Source of the DNA: Rhodosorus marinus CCMP1338
Taxonomy: Eukaryota; Plantae; Rhodophyta
Length of the DNA stretch: 64,000 nt
Assembly: GCA_029953675.1 (NCBI GenBank)
Contig: JAMWBK010000008.1
Span: 1,178,001-1,242,000 of the forward strand
Direction of reading: 5' to 3'
A program made the position numbers and the translations under genes. Numbering within the stretch: position 1 is the stretch's first letter; every line of letters starts with the position of its first letter. Under the pieces are notes generated by a model, which saw only the letters and a list, made by a program, of their open reading frames with translations, was not told the origin of the DNA and searched no databases. This document shows, one piece after another, positions 1-12,299 of this stretch.

Positions 1-1
1 T

Positions 2-205
2 GTGCACGTCGTAGTAATCGGTGACGGACCATTCGAGTATCTTGCAGCAAGGAGTCTAAAGGACACCTACTCCGAGATGATAGTGAAGATGGTGAAGTTC
101 ATGGAGGGCCCCACGCCAAAGCATTTGCACAATGAATTGAGTGTTTTGGGATCAGAGATACACGCCATTTTCGAGCATTACGAATCTCTGGAAATCTTTT
201 TGTGA
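2..205 (+). CDS. 3' end of a gene truncated by the window edge; resembles the C-terminus of uncharacterised HAD-like protist proteins
   Basis: The frame is open from base 2 to TGA at 205. VVVIGDGPFEY...VKFMEGPTPKHLHNEL matches the recalled pattern of a HAD motif IV-like 'hhhIGD' followed by 'KF...P....L..EL'. Confidence 0.5.
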   Translation: MHVVVIGDGPFEYLAARSLKDTYSEMIVKMVKFMEGPTPKHLHNELSVLGSEIHAIFEHYESLEIFL

Positions 206-794
206 TTTAATTTAGGATTTGATCGCTAACAACTTACATTCACATATCTATAATCGTTAATAAAATTGCATATTGCTCACATAACGCCGGAGACTGACGA
301 CGCCTTGCAATCCGAACCTTCGTGAAGCCGGTGATGTCGACAAAGCTTTGTGGAGGCTTGTGTTTCACGTTTTCCTACATCGCATACCTCAAGGTTGGAT
401 GGTCCGCGGTACATGAAACTACGAGCTTGAGAAAAACTTAGAAAGGCATGGGTGATCTCACCACAGGTAATGATGACAACTATACTTTTGTTTCTTTGCT
501 TGGAGCGCGGAAAGTGGTAGTGGAAAGTAGACATAGTTGTTGCAAGACCGAGATCCCGTTGCGAGGGGAACCGGGACTGGTGTCAAGGTCCTACCTCTAC
601 AGGAAAAAATCAGTGTGATTCAACACCCATCAGTCTCTTGTGTAAAGAAAGCTTCCGAGGATGAGATTGTACGCTTCAAGCTCCAAATATGTTTGGACTC
701 ATCTTCCAGGAAAACAGCTACAGTATTGGAGGCTGTTGAACAGACAGCGATCGCGGTTCGGGATGGCTTGGCACGTCCTTTCTTCAACGGCCTC

Positions 795-848
795 CAAAAT
801 TCATATTCCAGGAAACGTCTAAAGCCGTTTCCTGGAATATGAATTTTG
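795..848. repeat. Perfect 23-bp inverted repeat with an 8-nt loop
   Basis: caaaattcatattccaggaaacg (795-817) is the exact reverse complement of cgtttcctggaatatgaattttg (826-848); the loop is tctaaagc. Confidence 0.97.
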
Positions 849-1236
849 AGTTGCCGCAAACAACGATTGTATCATCATCATATGTCGACAGGGGACTTTT
901 TTACGTTTGTTCAGGAATTATGAAACGCGAATAAATGCTAAGAAAACGAATACTTAAAGCTTGCGGTTTCAAAAGCAATAATCCAATGGGCTCATGGGCT
1001 CTGGGGGATTGTTTTGCGGAGAGCGCGCACCGCTCTCAATTCATAAGCAAATGTAAAGATTTCGAAGCCCCGGACCGACGGGAAAACCGTTATTCGTAGG
1101 GCTGCCACCCGACTCGCTAGATTTTTGGATGCATACAGAAGAAATTGATCATTTATTAAGTGCTTTTCAAAAATATATCTATTATAATTGAATGAAGTAC
1201 TGGTGGGACGCGATTGACTCGATTTGTGGATTGTTG

Positions 1237-1345
1237 CTTATAGCCGGGTTGATATGAAACGCCGATATGGGCTATCGTAAGTTTCCGAGAAAAAAAAGTT
1301 AGTACACTTATAGCCGGGTTGACATGAAACGGCGAAAGCAGCTAT
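1237..1345. repeat. Degenerate direct repeat with a 70-bp period
   Basis: cttatagccgggttgatatgaaacgccga at 1237 and cttatagccgggttgacatgaaacggcga at 1307, each followed shortly by gctat. Confidence 0.85.
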
Positions 1346-3249
1346 TGAGAGCGTCCAATAAATATTTAGTATACTTGAAATCCATAAGCTCCTCGCATTC
1401 CCGAAAACCACCCCTCTAAACGACTCTCACTCAATCAAATTTTTTATCGCAATTCTCTCCTGAACCTCCTCGTTGCTAACCGATTCTACATGGAAGATCT
1501 TCTACCTGAGAAGACTGTTTGAGCCCCAACACCAGGTCAGATCTATACAGATAAGCCAAATTGAACCATACGTGCCAAGGGCGAGAACTGTTTGCCCTAA
1601 AATAGACCTTCCCCGAGTCGTCATTACTTTTCGGTACTTCTTTTTCTTCTCGGACAAGACCGCTAACGGCTCTCCTGGCGGGCACACTTAGGGCGCACTC
1701 TAGATAATAGCGTTGTCATAAAACGTCCAATAAAATAGTAAGTAAATACGATATGGAATAGACGAAGAGACGTCTTCGGATAGAAAAACTCAAGTTTTAT
1801 TCTACAATGTGTGTACCATACACACCACGATAGGCTGGTCGATAAAACGTCCCGTGGTCAATCAGCTTTGTCCAATATTCAGCCCCCATGGTATCGAATT
1901 ATGATTACTTCTGTTATTGACAGGCTGTCATTCATCATCCAATGGTTGTCGGAAGTCGCCCGGATGAAAGATTCTAAGTACGGACGAAGTGGGAGCATGC
2001 ATGCAAAGCAAGCTGCTGAGAGGAAATGATAATGCAGTAAATTGCGACTGCGTGGAAATGGAAGTTCCCTTAAAGTGGAGTTGTATTTATCACGTGTTCG
2101 CAATGCTCAACCATGCGGGAGGGACTACAATGGCCAAAGACAATACTCTGCATCCGCATATGGCAATGGAATTGTCCATGTAGGACCGTGATTGTGAAAC
2201 AAGCGGCGAGAGCGACGTAGGAGCCGGGGCTTGTTGCCAAAATCAGAGCTCGTGGAAAGAAATCAAGGCTGGTGGTCATCGCCTTCGTAGCCTAGTTAGA
2301 AGCTGCATCCGTATCTTCGTGAAACCATTTTTTAAAGTAGGAGAGACATGGAGATGGTAGTGGCAGGGAAACCTATGGCAATTTCAACGAAATTTAGGGA
2401 AAACTTTGTTCGGCGATATGGTTATTTGCCGAGATAGCTCGTTTGGTCCAGCCGGATTAGATTGGAAAACGGGAACACCCGTCCAATGTGTATTCCTAAG
2501 ATTAATGATCAACTGAAAGACTCTGAGACAATATAAATATTTCACCGAACGACTTTTGGGATAGGGGCAAAGCTAAGTATAGAGAATCTAAGCATATAGA
2601 ATCTATGCTTAACTTTGTCCCTGAAATGGATTGAGTTTCTGCTAAAGTATTGGGATTTCACTATCATTTTGTTCTCAGTCTGAATTGGTTGAGCGCGGAG
2701 GGTGACCGCAAACCCCTGCTGGGCTGATTGGCTGGCTTGCTCTTAGCATACAATGTTATTTTGACAATTTTCAGATCCAAGCGAGGGGAGGGGAGGACTT
2801 TCCGCTTTTCATGAGAAAGGCCGCTGAGGGTCGCTGCCCAGAGGTGCGCACTGCCGGCGGCCGAAGAAGCTCAATACTCTCCTCGCGGACTTGTAGGCTA
2901 GGGTAGATAGAACATAGGGAACGGAGTAGTGAGAGACAGACTAGGTGGTACAGTTTAGGACAAGTACTTGGGACAACCCCGGACTAAAGAAACGCTTGAC
3001 GATGCAGCGCACGGATCTGAATGCCGCGGCTCGCTGCGGTGGGGAGCCTGGTGCACCTTGCCGTCTTGATTTCTGCCCGAGATTTTCCTCAGATCCGGGG
3101 TTGCCGGCTTCTCATTCGATCTGGTGAAATAGACCACTTCTCAATCCTTCAATGTTCGCGGAAAATGAGGACGTTTGGCTGGATTTTTAGACTCGGTGGA
3201 GGTGGAGGCATTCACGTCCAGCGTCGCCTCTTGAATGCAGCACAAACAA

Positions 3250-3800
3250 TGCGATTACCGGCCGATAGCCAAGGGGAATTGAAGACTCAAACGCTCGCAC
3301 CCAAACCCAACTGTTTCCCCCTTTGGCTGACTTGCGAACGCATGATTGAGGAGGGCTGTTTCGCTCTTGCTGTTTGTGAACCGTCGACATTGGTCTCGTA
3401 GTGCAACAATTGCAATCATCGTTGTCTGGGAGAAGATGTGGCTATGCTGTATCGGCAGCGACTGACCCGGGGTTTCTTGTGCATGGAGAATAAACTCGTC
3501 TCCCAAACCCCGCATACCAACACCTGAGGAGGTATCTCATTTGAAGGCAGTACAGGAGGTAGATGACCGTGAGATGTTCTCCGCGGCAGGAGACTTGCAT
3601 CATTCGGTACTGCTCCTACAGCCTGCTCCCTTGGGAAAGTATCTCAGCAACGCCTTCTTTGCTTTATTCGAACCAGCAATCAAGAGCAGCACATCTTATC
3701 AACACCCTTCAACGGTTTCCGCTGAGACGTGCGAAAGTTTCATGTTGGCGCTCAGCTCCTCTTTCCACTGAAGAGCAGGAGTGGGTCCAACAAGCTAACC
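3250..3800 (+). mobile_element. Probable decayed Ty3/Gypsy pol fragment (RNase H to integrase N-terminus)
   Basis: Stop- and frameshift-broken traces: IEEGCFAL (like E.ECLAL of RNase H), and WSRSA...W.C.G.D...WR..., RIPTPEEVSHL, which recur in the relic at 12.3-13.5 kb (RIPTPEERSHL). Confidence 0.35.
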
Positions 3801-3950
3801 GGCTGTAAAATATCCCTTCCGGAAGTCCACTAGTTTTCAAATTTGCAGAAGGACCCCCTTTTGGTACAGCGAGGTCTTCCTTCGCTATAGATCGCCTCGT
3901 GTCCGAGTGACGTATCATCAATAAAGTTGCAGTTCATCTTTGAACAATCA

Positions 3951-6539
3951 TCAGGAGTTGGCCACTAGCTTTTCAAGGGCCTGCTTAGCAAAGTAGTTCA
4001 CGTCCGTATCAGTTTCTGATTCCGCAGCCAATGAGGAGAGACAGGGTCTTATTTTCGACTCTTTCATTTCGGGCGTTACGAAAGGCATCACGTGACTCAA
4101 TGTCTTCGCCGTGCCAAACCGTACGTTCGGAACTGGGTCCTTACTAGCCCGCTCCGTTAATAACGATATGAAAGATTCTTCTACCACTTCGGCTCCAACG
4201 ACCTCAGAGAGCACAGCGACAGCATTTAGAGCAGTGATCCTGTGCAAATATTTGCTCGAAAAGTCGAACAGGTGCACAATCTGTGGTGTGTAGAAGCGAG
4301 CTTCACGTCAATCTAAGGTTCATGGAAAGAATCTGTTCAAGCGAAGGGCAGCGGCTCTCAGTTTCCAGCCGAGACTATTCTGCATACCTGCGGCACGATG
4401 TTCTGTTTTGCCCAGTCCGTGCCAAACACTTCAGCCAAGCTCTTCAAGTTCATAATCGCGGCTTCTCTGATCGACCACACGTTGTCTATCAGCCATTTGA
4501 TGCATAATGTACTCAACTTCAAATCTTCCTCAAAAATCTCCCTTCCTAGTTGTTTTGCGAGCAACGGGATATGCTGGATTATCGCCAATCTAACTCTCCA
4601 GTTCTTATCTTCGGCAAGGTGGACAATAGTTGGCATGAGCTCATCTGACAGCCTGCGCGTCCAGAGGTACACACCACGCGTTGAAGACACTCAGGATGAG
4701 AAAACAAAACACTTCCGACCTTCGGGGGAAGAATTGACGTTGGATTGAGGCGTACCGCTTCACGCCCATCACAGACGAAACATCGGCTAGCTTTGCTATT
4801 AGGTTGAGCCGAACGTCCGGAAATTCGTCCTTCAAGAGAATCATCACCAAATCCAACAGGTCCTTTACGGCTTCGTCGTCCCCCAGGGCGCTTGGCAGTC
4901 CCATAATGTTTGCGCTAAGCGCTGCTCGAACGTGCTGGGAAGGGTCACTTACGAGCTCATGAACAATTGGCAATACGTCCCTAGCAATAAGAAAACGAAC
5001 AAGCATTCCTCTCAGAGGGTAGAGCAAAAGCGCAGTCGTTTATGGCCGAGCCCCTCCACGGGAAGCAACCGATCCGCAATAGTTCAACCTCATTCAATCT
5101 TGTGGAGATGGGGATTGATGACCTTGTCATACCTAACCATAATTTCAGCGCCGGAAGGTTCTCCATGAGGCTGCTCAGTTGCTACCAGCCTATGCATAAA
5201 ATCCGTGAGCTTGAACGTTGCCGCAGTTCGAACTTCAGCTTCACCGTCCTTGAGAAGGCGAGTGAAGGCTGGTAGCAACTCTTCTCGCGTCGCGTTTGAT
5301 CCAAAGACATCGCAGAGGTCGCAGCTCTTGTCCGCTACTATATATCGGACCCTCCAAGACTTGTCCTGTTTTTCAATACCGGATGAATTGCCCCGGTAAG
5401 CAAACGAAGCTCCCAACCTCGTTCACAAGCGTGCGTCGAGCAATCTACTCCCCGCTGTTAATGGTTCGTCTCACCTTCGAAAATGCCCTAATAATTGGCA
5501 TCATCACTTCGACCTGTACGGATTCACTAAGACAGCTTGCCACTGTTGAAGCGTTTTCTACCAAGAGGAGACGGACCGACTCTTGTTCGTCCTCAGAGAG
5601 CATCTTAAAATCAGCTACGATCTGCGGTGGGAGCCGGGAACCGAAAGGCAACAAATGCTCATCAGTATGTCCCAACTGGGTTCTCGCAGAGAGTCTGCAA
5701 CAGAGCGGAATCCGCTCTTTCTAAAATGTCCGTTTCCGAGATCTCATACCTCAGTTTCCACTAAGGACTTGTCCGTCTCTGCCAGTGCCCTACTCATGTC
5801 CCCGAGGTAGCTCGCAGCGGCTCTTCTAACCATCGGCTTGTCGTCTCTTACCAGTTGACTAAAGATGGATATGCATTCCTTTCTTATGTCTGTACGATCC
5901 ACTGGTAATCTCCCATAGACGCAGGCCAGCAAAGAGCATGCGGAAATTCGCGAAGTAAACCAGTCCCCACGAGCTAGGCGTTGAGTCAGCGGGAAGAAAT
6001 GCTTGACATGAATAGTTCTGCTCTTTTCGGCGTCATGACGGAACACTGCGTCTGACACCTGAAGCGGTTGTGAGAAAAGAAATAACTCCGAGCTAAAAAA
6101 TTGAATGTAGACCCAGCGTCTCGGAAAGACGCCTAAACGCTAGGGAGGACCCGCAGGTAGATTCAATTTCGTTCTCACACAACCGTACCTCGCGCAGACT
6201 CCTCGTAGCTCGATCCCTGACCACCGTCTCTTCCACGGTGCTTAAGCTCTCCAACGGGACAAGGAGACTCTCAGCGTACTCTGGCCCTCCTACTTGCTGA
6301 ACGAAATCACCCAGTTCCTCCGCTAGCACGAGCAGTATCTCGTCTTCATCATCAATCGTATCCGTTAGGAATGGAATCAGCTCACACCGCGTTCTCTCCG
6401 GCCCCAAGGCCGAAGAAATTATCTTCAACTTCTTTGTTGCGTTTTTCCTGAACTGCACATTCTCGCTCTTCAATTCATCCAGTAGCAGAGCGATGCGTTG
6501 CAAATTGGCTTCATCTGAATCGTCCATGACAAAAGGCAT
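3951..6539 (-). CDS. PP2AA: Protein phosphatase 2A scaffold (A, 65 kDa HEAT-repeat) subunit; 7 exons, about 619 aa
   Basis: Exons 6539-6189, 6058-5750, 5621-5475, 5365-5133, 4980-4756, 4652-4388, 4280-3951, all with GT-AG introns and summing to 1860 nt. Conserved segments include [60 protein letters not shown] and DPVPNVRF. Confidence 0.97.
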
Positions 6540-6935
6540 TCAAGCAAGAAACTCTTCTCGATAAAACTCGTGCAAAATAGATATCGTTGTTCAACTCAAT
6601 TGCGACTTTCTTCGACTTTCCATAGCAAGCTCTAGGTCTCTACTTTCTCTCTGATCTTCCGATCACTCCAACTAGGCAATATACAACAACTCAATTCCAC
6701 GCGTCCCAAGAGGTTTATGCGCCGCGTATTATCATCATACCGTCAAGCCTCATTTATTTACTTATGCTCAAATCTTCAGCACTTTTTCGGCAGCAGCATC
6801 CTTCCCGCTCTCTGCATTCCTTTCATCGGAACGGATCAATCGTTTCCTCTTCACACCATCAGCGCACAGAAAGCAAGCCAAACTTTTGTCCGAATTCCAA
6901 GCTATTGAGCCACAGGGCATTTTCTCAGGTTTACT

Positions 6936-7014
6936 AGAAAACTAACAACCCCGGGTGGGTGTCCTCTCGTGTCCTCTCGTGTCCTCTCACCCACACCGGG
7001 GTTGTTAGTTTTCT
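6936..7014. repeat. Near-perfect 26/27-bp inverted repeat enclosing three tandem 10-mers
   Basis: agaaaactaacaaccccgggtgggtg ... cacccacaccggggttgttagttttct (one bulge). The centre is gtcctctcgt-gtcctctcgt-gtcctctcac. Confidence 0.95.
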
Positions 7015-7754
7015 CTGGTGAAAGGCCTGTGAGGCAGGAGAACTAGCTCATGAATGGTCAGAGCTTCGTTGCCTCCGCTAAGCACAGGGGATACCAAAAG
7101 CTCGTATTTTTTCGCTGACCGTTCGTGGAAACTCACCACACTTCCGCAAGGTGATGAAGTTTCCAAGCCGTCAACAAAGGATGCCATGGAATCTTGAAGT
7201 GCATCTCTGGCAAAGGCCAAAGACATCGTCGCACTTGCGTTTCCCCCGAGCGAGCCACAGGTGTTTTCCAATCTTGCATGAGATTATGCCGTAAGAGTCA
7301 TAATGTTTTCTCCAGTCTGGACATTAACGGAACTGGGGAAGGTATACAACTGATCTGAGACTTGCTTTGCACATGCATGTGGGTAGTTGCTCGGCTATGT
7401 TGCTCCACATATGTTGTCCACCCATGGCGAGCGTTGTTTGTTCGTAGTCCTACGATTTCCAAATTCGAAAGCATTGTCATCAGGGACTAAGAAGGTGAGC
7501 GGAACCCGGCAAATTCTGAGTACTAGATCGATAGACGTGTTGAGGACATGTAGCTTTGGATAGAACCAGTCTGAGTAATGTAACCAACAATGGCTTTTTA
7601 CGGATGAGCTCGACCCATTGGTATTACTAGGGACCATACCTTTGCTTTTAAGGAAAACTTTCGTGATTCTCGTGGGTTCCATCATGACCAGTGATGTTGC
7701 GCAGAAAATTTGCATCAGACTGGGTGGCGTTATGGTAGTCTCCGAAAAACCCAA
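7005..7754 (-). pseudogene. Single reading frame of about 250 codons interrupted by two stops; unassigned (decayed gene or TE)
   Basis: ORFs 7395-7754 and 7005-7271 share a frame (offset 483 nt), with only a TAG and a TAA between them. No family motif was recognised with confidence. Confidence 0.25.
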
Positions 7755-8271
7755 AATTCAATATTCAATCGAATTATTCGTCTCAATCAAAATTATTTGC
7801 CGCTGATTAGAGGCGCTGGAGGTGGAGTGGGGTGGACCTTTTCGATTGAATTCTTTCGTTTCCTATTGGCATCTCTATTATCCAGGGATTCGCTCGTTAT
7901 ACAAATGTACCCGATTTTAGATCTTTTCAGCCCTCAGCAGTAAAATCCACTTCTGCGGTCCTAAAATTCGGCTTTTTGGTTTCTCGATAATCTGGATTCC
8001 CGATTTCGGGGTGAAACAGGCGATCATATCGATATATATACAGGGTTTGGGGAGAAATGGCTTCGAATCAGCGGTGAAGCTACTGCACTGTGCAAGTGAG
8101 GCGTATTTGGTGGCATTCATAGAGGGACGTGTTCTGGTTCAGTGAGTTGCACGGTTGTAGTGTTTGAGCGATTTTAAAACTCTTTTGTTTTGCGGGAAAG
8201 ATTCAAGTGGCTCACGGTGGAGCCGCTATAAGAAGCGTTTTCGGAGACGTTGACCGAGCTCGGGATTGAAA

Positions 8272-8944
8272 ATGACCGGCAAGGCCGTCAAAACGGTTAA
8301 AAAGGCCACCCCGCTTGCGACAGAAATTGGCGATTGGTTTAGGCGATTACGGACGGGCGAGAGAAAGGTGTATCATCAGCCCTACGATTACAAATACGTA
8401 ATACCACAAGATCTGTTGGCTAAGGATGGAAATCCCACTACTATCAAGACCAGTAAATACATTGAGGAGCATGTCAGACAGAGAAGCCAGCCTCTGGCTA
8501 AATACAATCCTTTGAAGAATCCATGGCAGCTCTTCAGTACAATCTTTTTCCTTGTCGTTGTGCCCTACTCACTGTGGACGACGTATTCGAGAGCAAAGGT
8601 AAGCGTTGCTTGATGATTGAATGCTCTTCTTGGCATGTGTTGCTAATGAGTCAAGGGTGAAAGTGGATGCTGAAGTTGCAAGACACTGCTTCACCTGCTC
8701 TTCAACAGTTTTGCTGTAGGACTAACTCGTAGTTTGCGTGTCCTTTTAATTTTTTTTTTGCGCTTGGAAATAGCTCAATAAGCCTTATGGATTTGGGAGC
8801 GAGGCTAAGGGGATGAAAAGGCGATACGCTGGATATACGGATCCGAAGTATTGGCCATCGTATGAGGAAATGAAGGCAGAAGAAGCCAAGAAAAATTTCT
8901 CCCTAGTGGAGAAGTACGACGATGTGCGTGTAAAACTTGACTAA
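8272..8944 (+). CDS. Small single-TM protein, about 165 aa, 2 exons; possibly mitochondrial complex I NDUFB4/B15-like
   Basis: Exons 8272-8598 and 8774-8944, with a GTAAGC...TAG intron that keeps the frame open to TAA. One TM segment (LFSTIFFLVVVPYSLW) follows a basic/aromatic stretch. The family assignment is only a resemblance. Confidence 0.7.
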
Positions 8945-9149
8945 AAGGGACACTGCAGTGAACAACAGCTCACTACTTTCAGCTGGAGTGGGTTTCGCGG
9001 CTTTCCACATGAACTGGTAGATGCTTAAAATTATTGAGTAAACAAAACAAATGAACCCAAGAGGAAAAGGTCTGAGACCGCCTCGAAGCCTCTCAGTAGA
9101 AGAACGAGCATAGAAATATTCTCCTAGTTCTTGGTGGAAAGCTTGTTCT

Positions 9150-10400
9150 ACCCGTCTTCCCAGGTGCATTCGTTTTGAACGGTACCCAGAAGAAGAGCCA
9201 ATGGAAATCGAAGTAGAAAAGTAACTGCGTCGTCAGTATCCTTTTCCTTCAACATGCACTGGCCTGCATTGATGTGGTCTCTAATGTTAACAAATGGATC
9301 TCATATGGGGGTTACCCCATTGCTAGCTTTGCTTCCTATCCAGCGACCCCAAGGTCAACCTAGATTTACCATGTCTCAGAATGGTTGCACGGATGCTGCG
9401 ACGCGGGAACGGTATTGGCCGTAATGAGCCAACCGAAAATACTTGAACTTGCGGGTACGCCGATGCGTGTATTCCAGGAGTTCTCAGACCACTGGATCAA
9501 CAGCCTTCTGCCTCTCATCGATCCTACTTATCTTAGTATGTCAAGTATGAGGTTTGGGATGACTTTGCTGGCCACGTCCAACCCATCCACTCTAGCGAAT
9601 TCACCCGGAGTAGGTGGACGGTGCTCATTAACGTGGCAACCTCGACATTTCAAGTTTTTGGTGTTCCCAGAGCAAGGTGTACACATACAAAAGTCAGACG
9701 TATTGGAGTAAACCAGTGAGCGAGGATAAGTGAATGCCTACTCTGAGCAAAGCGTCGTACTTCAATTCGTATGGACTCCATTTACAGGGGTTTATTCATT
9801 GGAAGGTAGGATGACTAGCGGGCGTTCGTCAGTGTTGGTGGCACCACTAACGATTTCTCATCGTGCACTAGTCCATCTCACAAAGCCTTTAAGTGAGCTA
9901 TTGTTGGCCCCGCTACTGACGATGTACTGAAGTCCGAAGCACTCATCAGCACGCGATCTCCGAAGAGGGTAATACCTGGGAACCAGAACCGTTGTGTTGC
10001 AAATGCGCATGTCGTCGCCACAGTCCCACCGCCGTGGGAATTTGGTGATCCAAGGCCAACGGAAAAGCTAGAGCACAGAGGCGATTTGCCAAGAAATAAT
10101 AGCCGGATCCGCTTCGCCCCTTGCATCAACAACAGCGATTTATTCAGAGCCTATCTACCTTGAGGAGCGGTTAGAGAGACGCGTCCAACAACCGGGCAAC
10201 TCTCCATCGCCGTAAATCAGCTCTAAGCGCCGCCACAGTTCCTCTTATCCGAAACCGACACTATCAGGTTCCTCAATGCATCTTTTCGGTTCAGCGCTAA
10301 AGGGTTCTATTCCATTTGCTTTAAAAATGCAAGACGTTTTTTTTGGTCTTGGATTGGGGTATTTTTTTTGGCCTGGTGCTTCCTCATATTTCCTAAATAT
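9150..10400 (-). mobile_element. Possible decayed Ty1/Copia gag-protease relic
   Basis: Broken traces in Copia order: KDALRNLIVSVSD / EELWRRLELIYG (gag), KCRGCHVNEH (zinc-knuckle-like), WLI...ASQHPCN..ETW (protease-like) and FWVPFKTN. There are many stops and frameshifts. Confidence 0.35.
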
Positions 10401-11367
10401 TCCTACTACCCAGGAATAGAAGTCAAAACCGCAAAACATGTACGAGTATATTTAGAACGACACAATTTTTGTCATCGACCAGCGGATGTTCGATGTTCGT
10501 CCGCGCTTCCGGCAAAACGGCCGAAATTCTGGGACAGAACTCTAGTGGCTTTTGAAGCAAGGTTCGCAGTGGGCGGAGAAGCCGCAAGAAGAGGAGCTTC
10601 CAAATCGAGGCCTCGCTTCCGTTGTACCCAATTTTATTGAAAACAAGCAACATTCCAAAAATCATCAATAAATTCAAGAGAATTTCAATATCTGCTTGTC
10701 AGGGTTTCCCGTTGACCTTGCTGGCTCTTGGCTGGAAGTATAAATCACCAATGCAGAATTGTCAATGCCTTTGTTTTTTTTTGTTTTTTTTTTCGTCAGC
10801 CTAATCTACAATACACTATGGCGGCAGCAGGTCAAGAATATGCCTTGCTTTCTCTTGCCCCTTAGACGGGGCTGCCTCCTGAGGGGTGTGCCTTGTCTTT
10901 ACAATATATGGAATGAATTGAGATGAAAATAATCGTCCGAGTTAGCGCAGCTTTCCGGTACGCCCCCAAACGCCCCTCACATATGTGAATTTTATATTCT
11001 GTTTGTATATATATACCGCACATGTGTATGCGTATAGCGCTTTTTGCCGTTTGGTTTATTTTCTAAGAAGCACCCCCCGCAAGATCCTACTACGTGGGTG
11101 CCCAAGGATGTTTGGCGTTTCAGTTTCCAGATAAAAGTCATCCATAAAAACTGCTACTTGACCAAAAAGTAACGTGTATACATAAACTTATTGGATTAGA
11201 TTTTTGTCCTCCTAAGCAGTGGGTGGTGGTGATGAGGTGGGGGGGTATATGGTATATTGTCCCCCTTCTGCTTGAAAGTATCGGTGGCATTGTTTGTTTG
11301 GAGAAAAACGTTGGTGAGGACCGCATTACAGCTTCGCAAAAGCGGAGCTGGCAATATCATATATAGT

Positions 11368-11376
11368 TATAAAAAG
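11368..11376 (+). promoter_or_regulatory. TATA-box-like element
   Basis: TATAAAAAG lies about 85 nt upstream of ORF 11454-11867. Confidence 0.25.
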
Positions 11377-11453
11377 GGCCATTTAATGGCATAGAGAATA
11401 TTGTGCAATGCTCAACGTTTCATCTAAACACCTAAATAAGTGGTGCTGGCTAT

Positions 11454-11867
11454 GTGAGGGAAGAGGGGGAAGGTAAGGATCTCCTCCTTGAGCCCAACGG
11501 TTTGCGGCGAGAGCGTGCATGCTGGGGGAGGTTGTACTTGGACGGGGTTAATGGAGATGGAGCAGCGATGATGAGGAACATTGTTCGGACTGTGGGCAAG
11601 GGCAAGCCCCTAGAGGCGGAAATTTTGAATGGAGAATATCCGCCGGGTGGCTTGAGGGACGGATTCGCTAGCCTGAAGGTTGGTGATGAGGAACCAGTCG
11701 TGCTGATGAAGGCGTGTTCCTGGAGAGTGGTAAACACTAAGCAAACGAGGAAGCTGGTTAGATTCGGGGGAAGGAAGCGGCTGACGCTGGGAGTCCCGCT
11801 GCCGGTTTCGTTTCGGCGCTCGAAGTTTAGACCCTCGTTGCCAGTGATAATCGAGGAAAGGGTTTGA
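11454..11867 (+). CDS. Hypothetical protein (start or first exon unresolved)
   Basis: A 137-codon open frame with protein-like composition ending RPSLPVIIEERV; no in-frame ATG near its 5' end. Confidence 0.35.
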   Translation: MREEGEGKDLLLEPNGLRRERACWGRLYLDGVNGDGAAMMRNIVRTVGKGKPLEAEILNGEYPPGGLRDGFASLKVGDEEPVVLMKACSWRVVNTKQTRKLVRFGGRKRLTLGVPLPVSFRRSKFRPSLPVIIEERV

Positions 11868-12299
11868 TGTAGGCTCGTTGTTTGCAATGTTAACTACTAA
11901 TAAATTATATTATTCAGCATGTATCAGCTACTGTAAGCCGCTGGGCGCCCTCAACGATCTTGGCAGGGACGATGGTTTTCAAGGACTCACCGTCCTTGAA
12001 AAGAGTTTAACAGAAGCCTTGGTATCTGCCCTGTCCTTCCTCATGTCCGGAGAGACGAACCAGAATGGCCGGAGACGGATTATTTACCAAGAGAAGAAAC
12101 AGAACAGGGCTTAAATTTGTGGATGGGAGTTGCACCCTAGAACGGGCTTCGAAGAACTGCAGAATCTACTTGATGAGTTTGGAATTTGTTCTTTGCGTCA
12201 TATTCAGTTTGCATTTTTGCCTTTAAGAGCTTGTTCGCACTCGTTTGCACTTAACTTCCGCTCGTGCTGCACATCTAAGACCCCAGCGGATGGTTCTCT

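Noticed and set aside
9960-9992. EEGNTWEPE on the plus strand, resembling the chromodomain motif E.NTWEP
   Set aside because: The flanks lack the YLVKW aromatic cage and are bounded by stops, and the minus strand here fits a Copia-like relic better. Probably chance.
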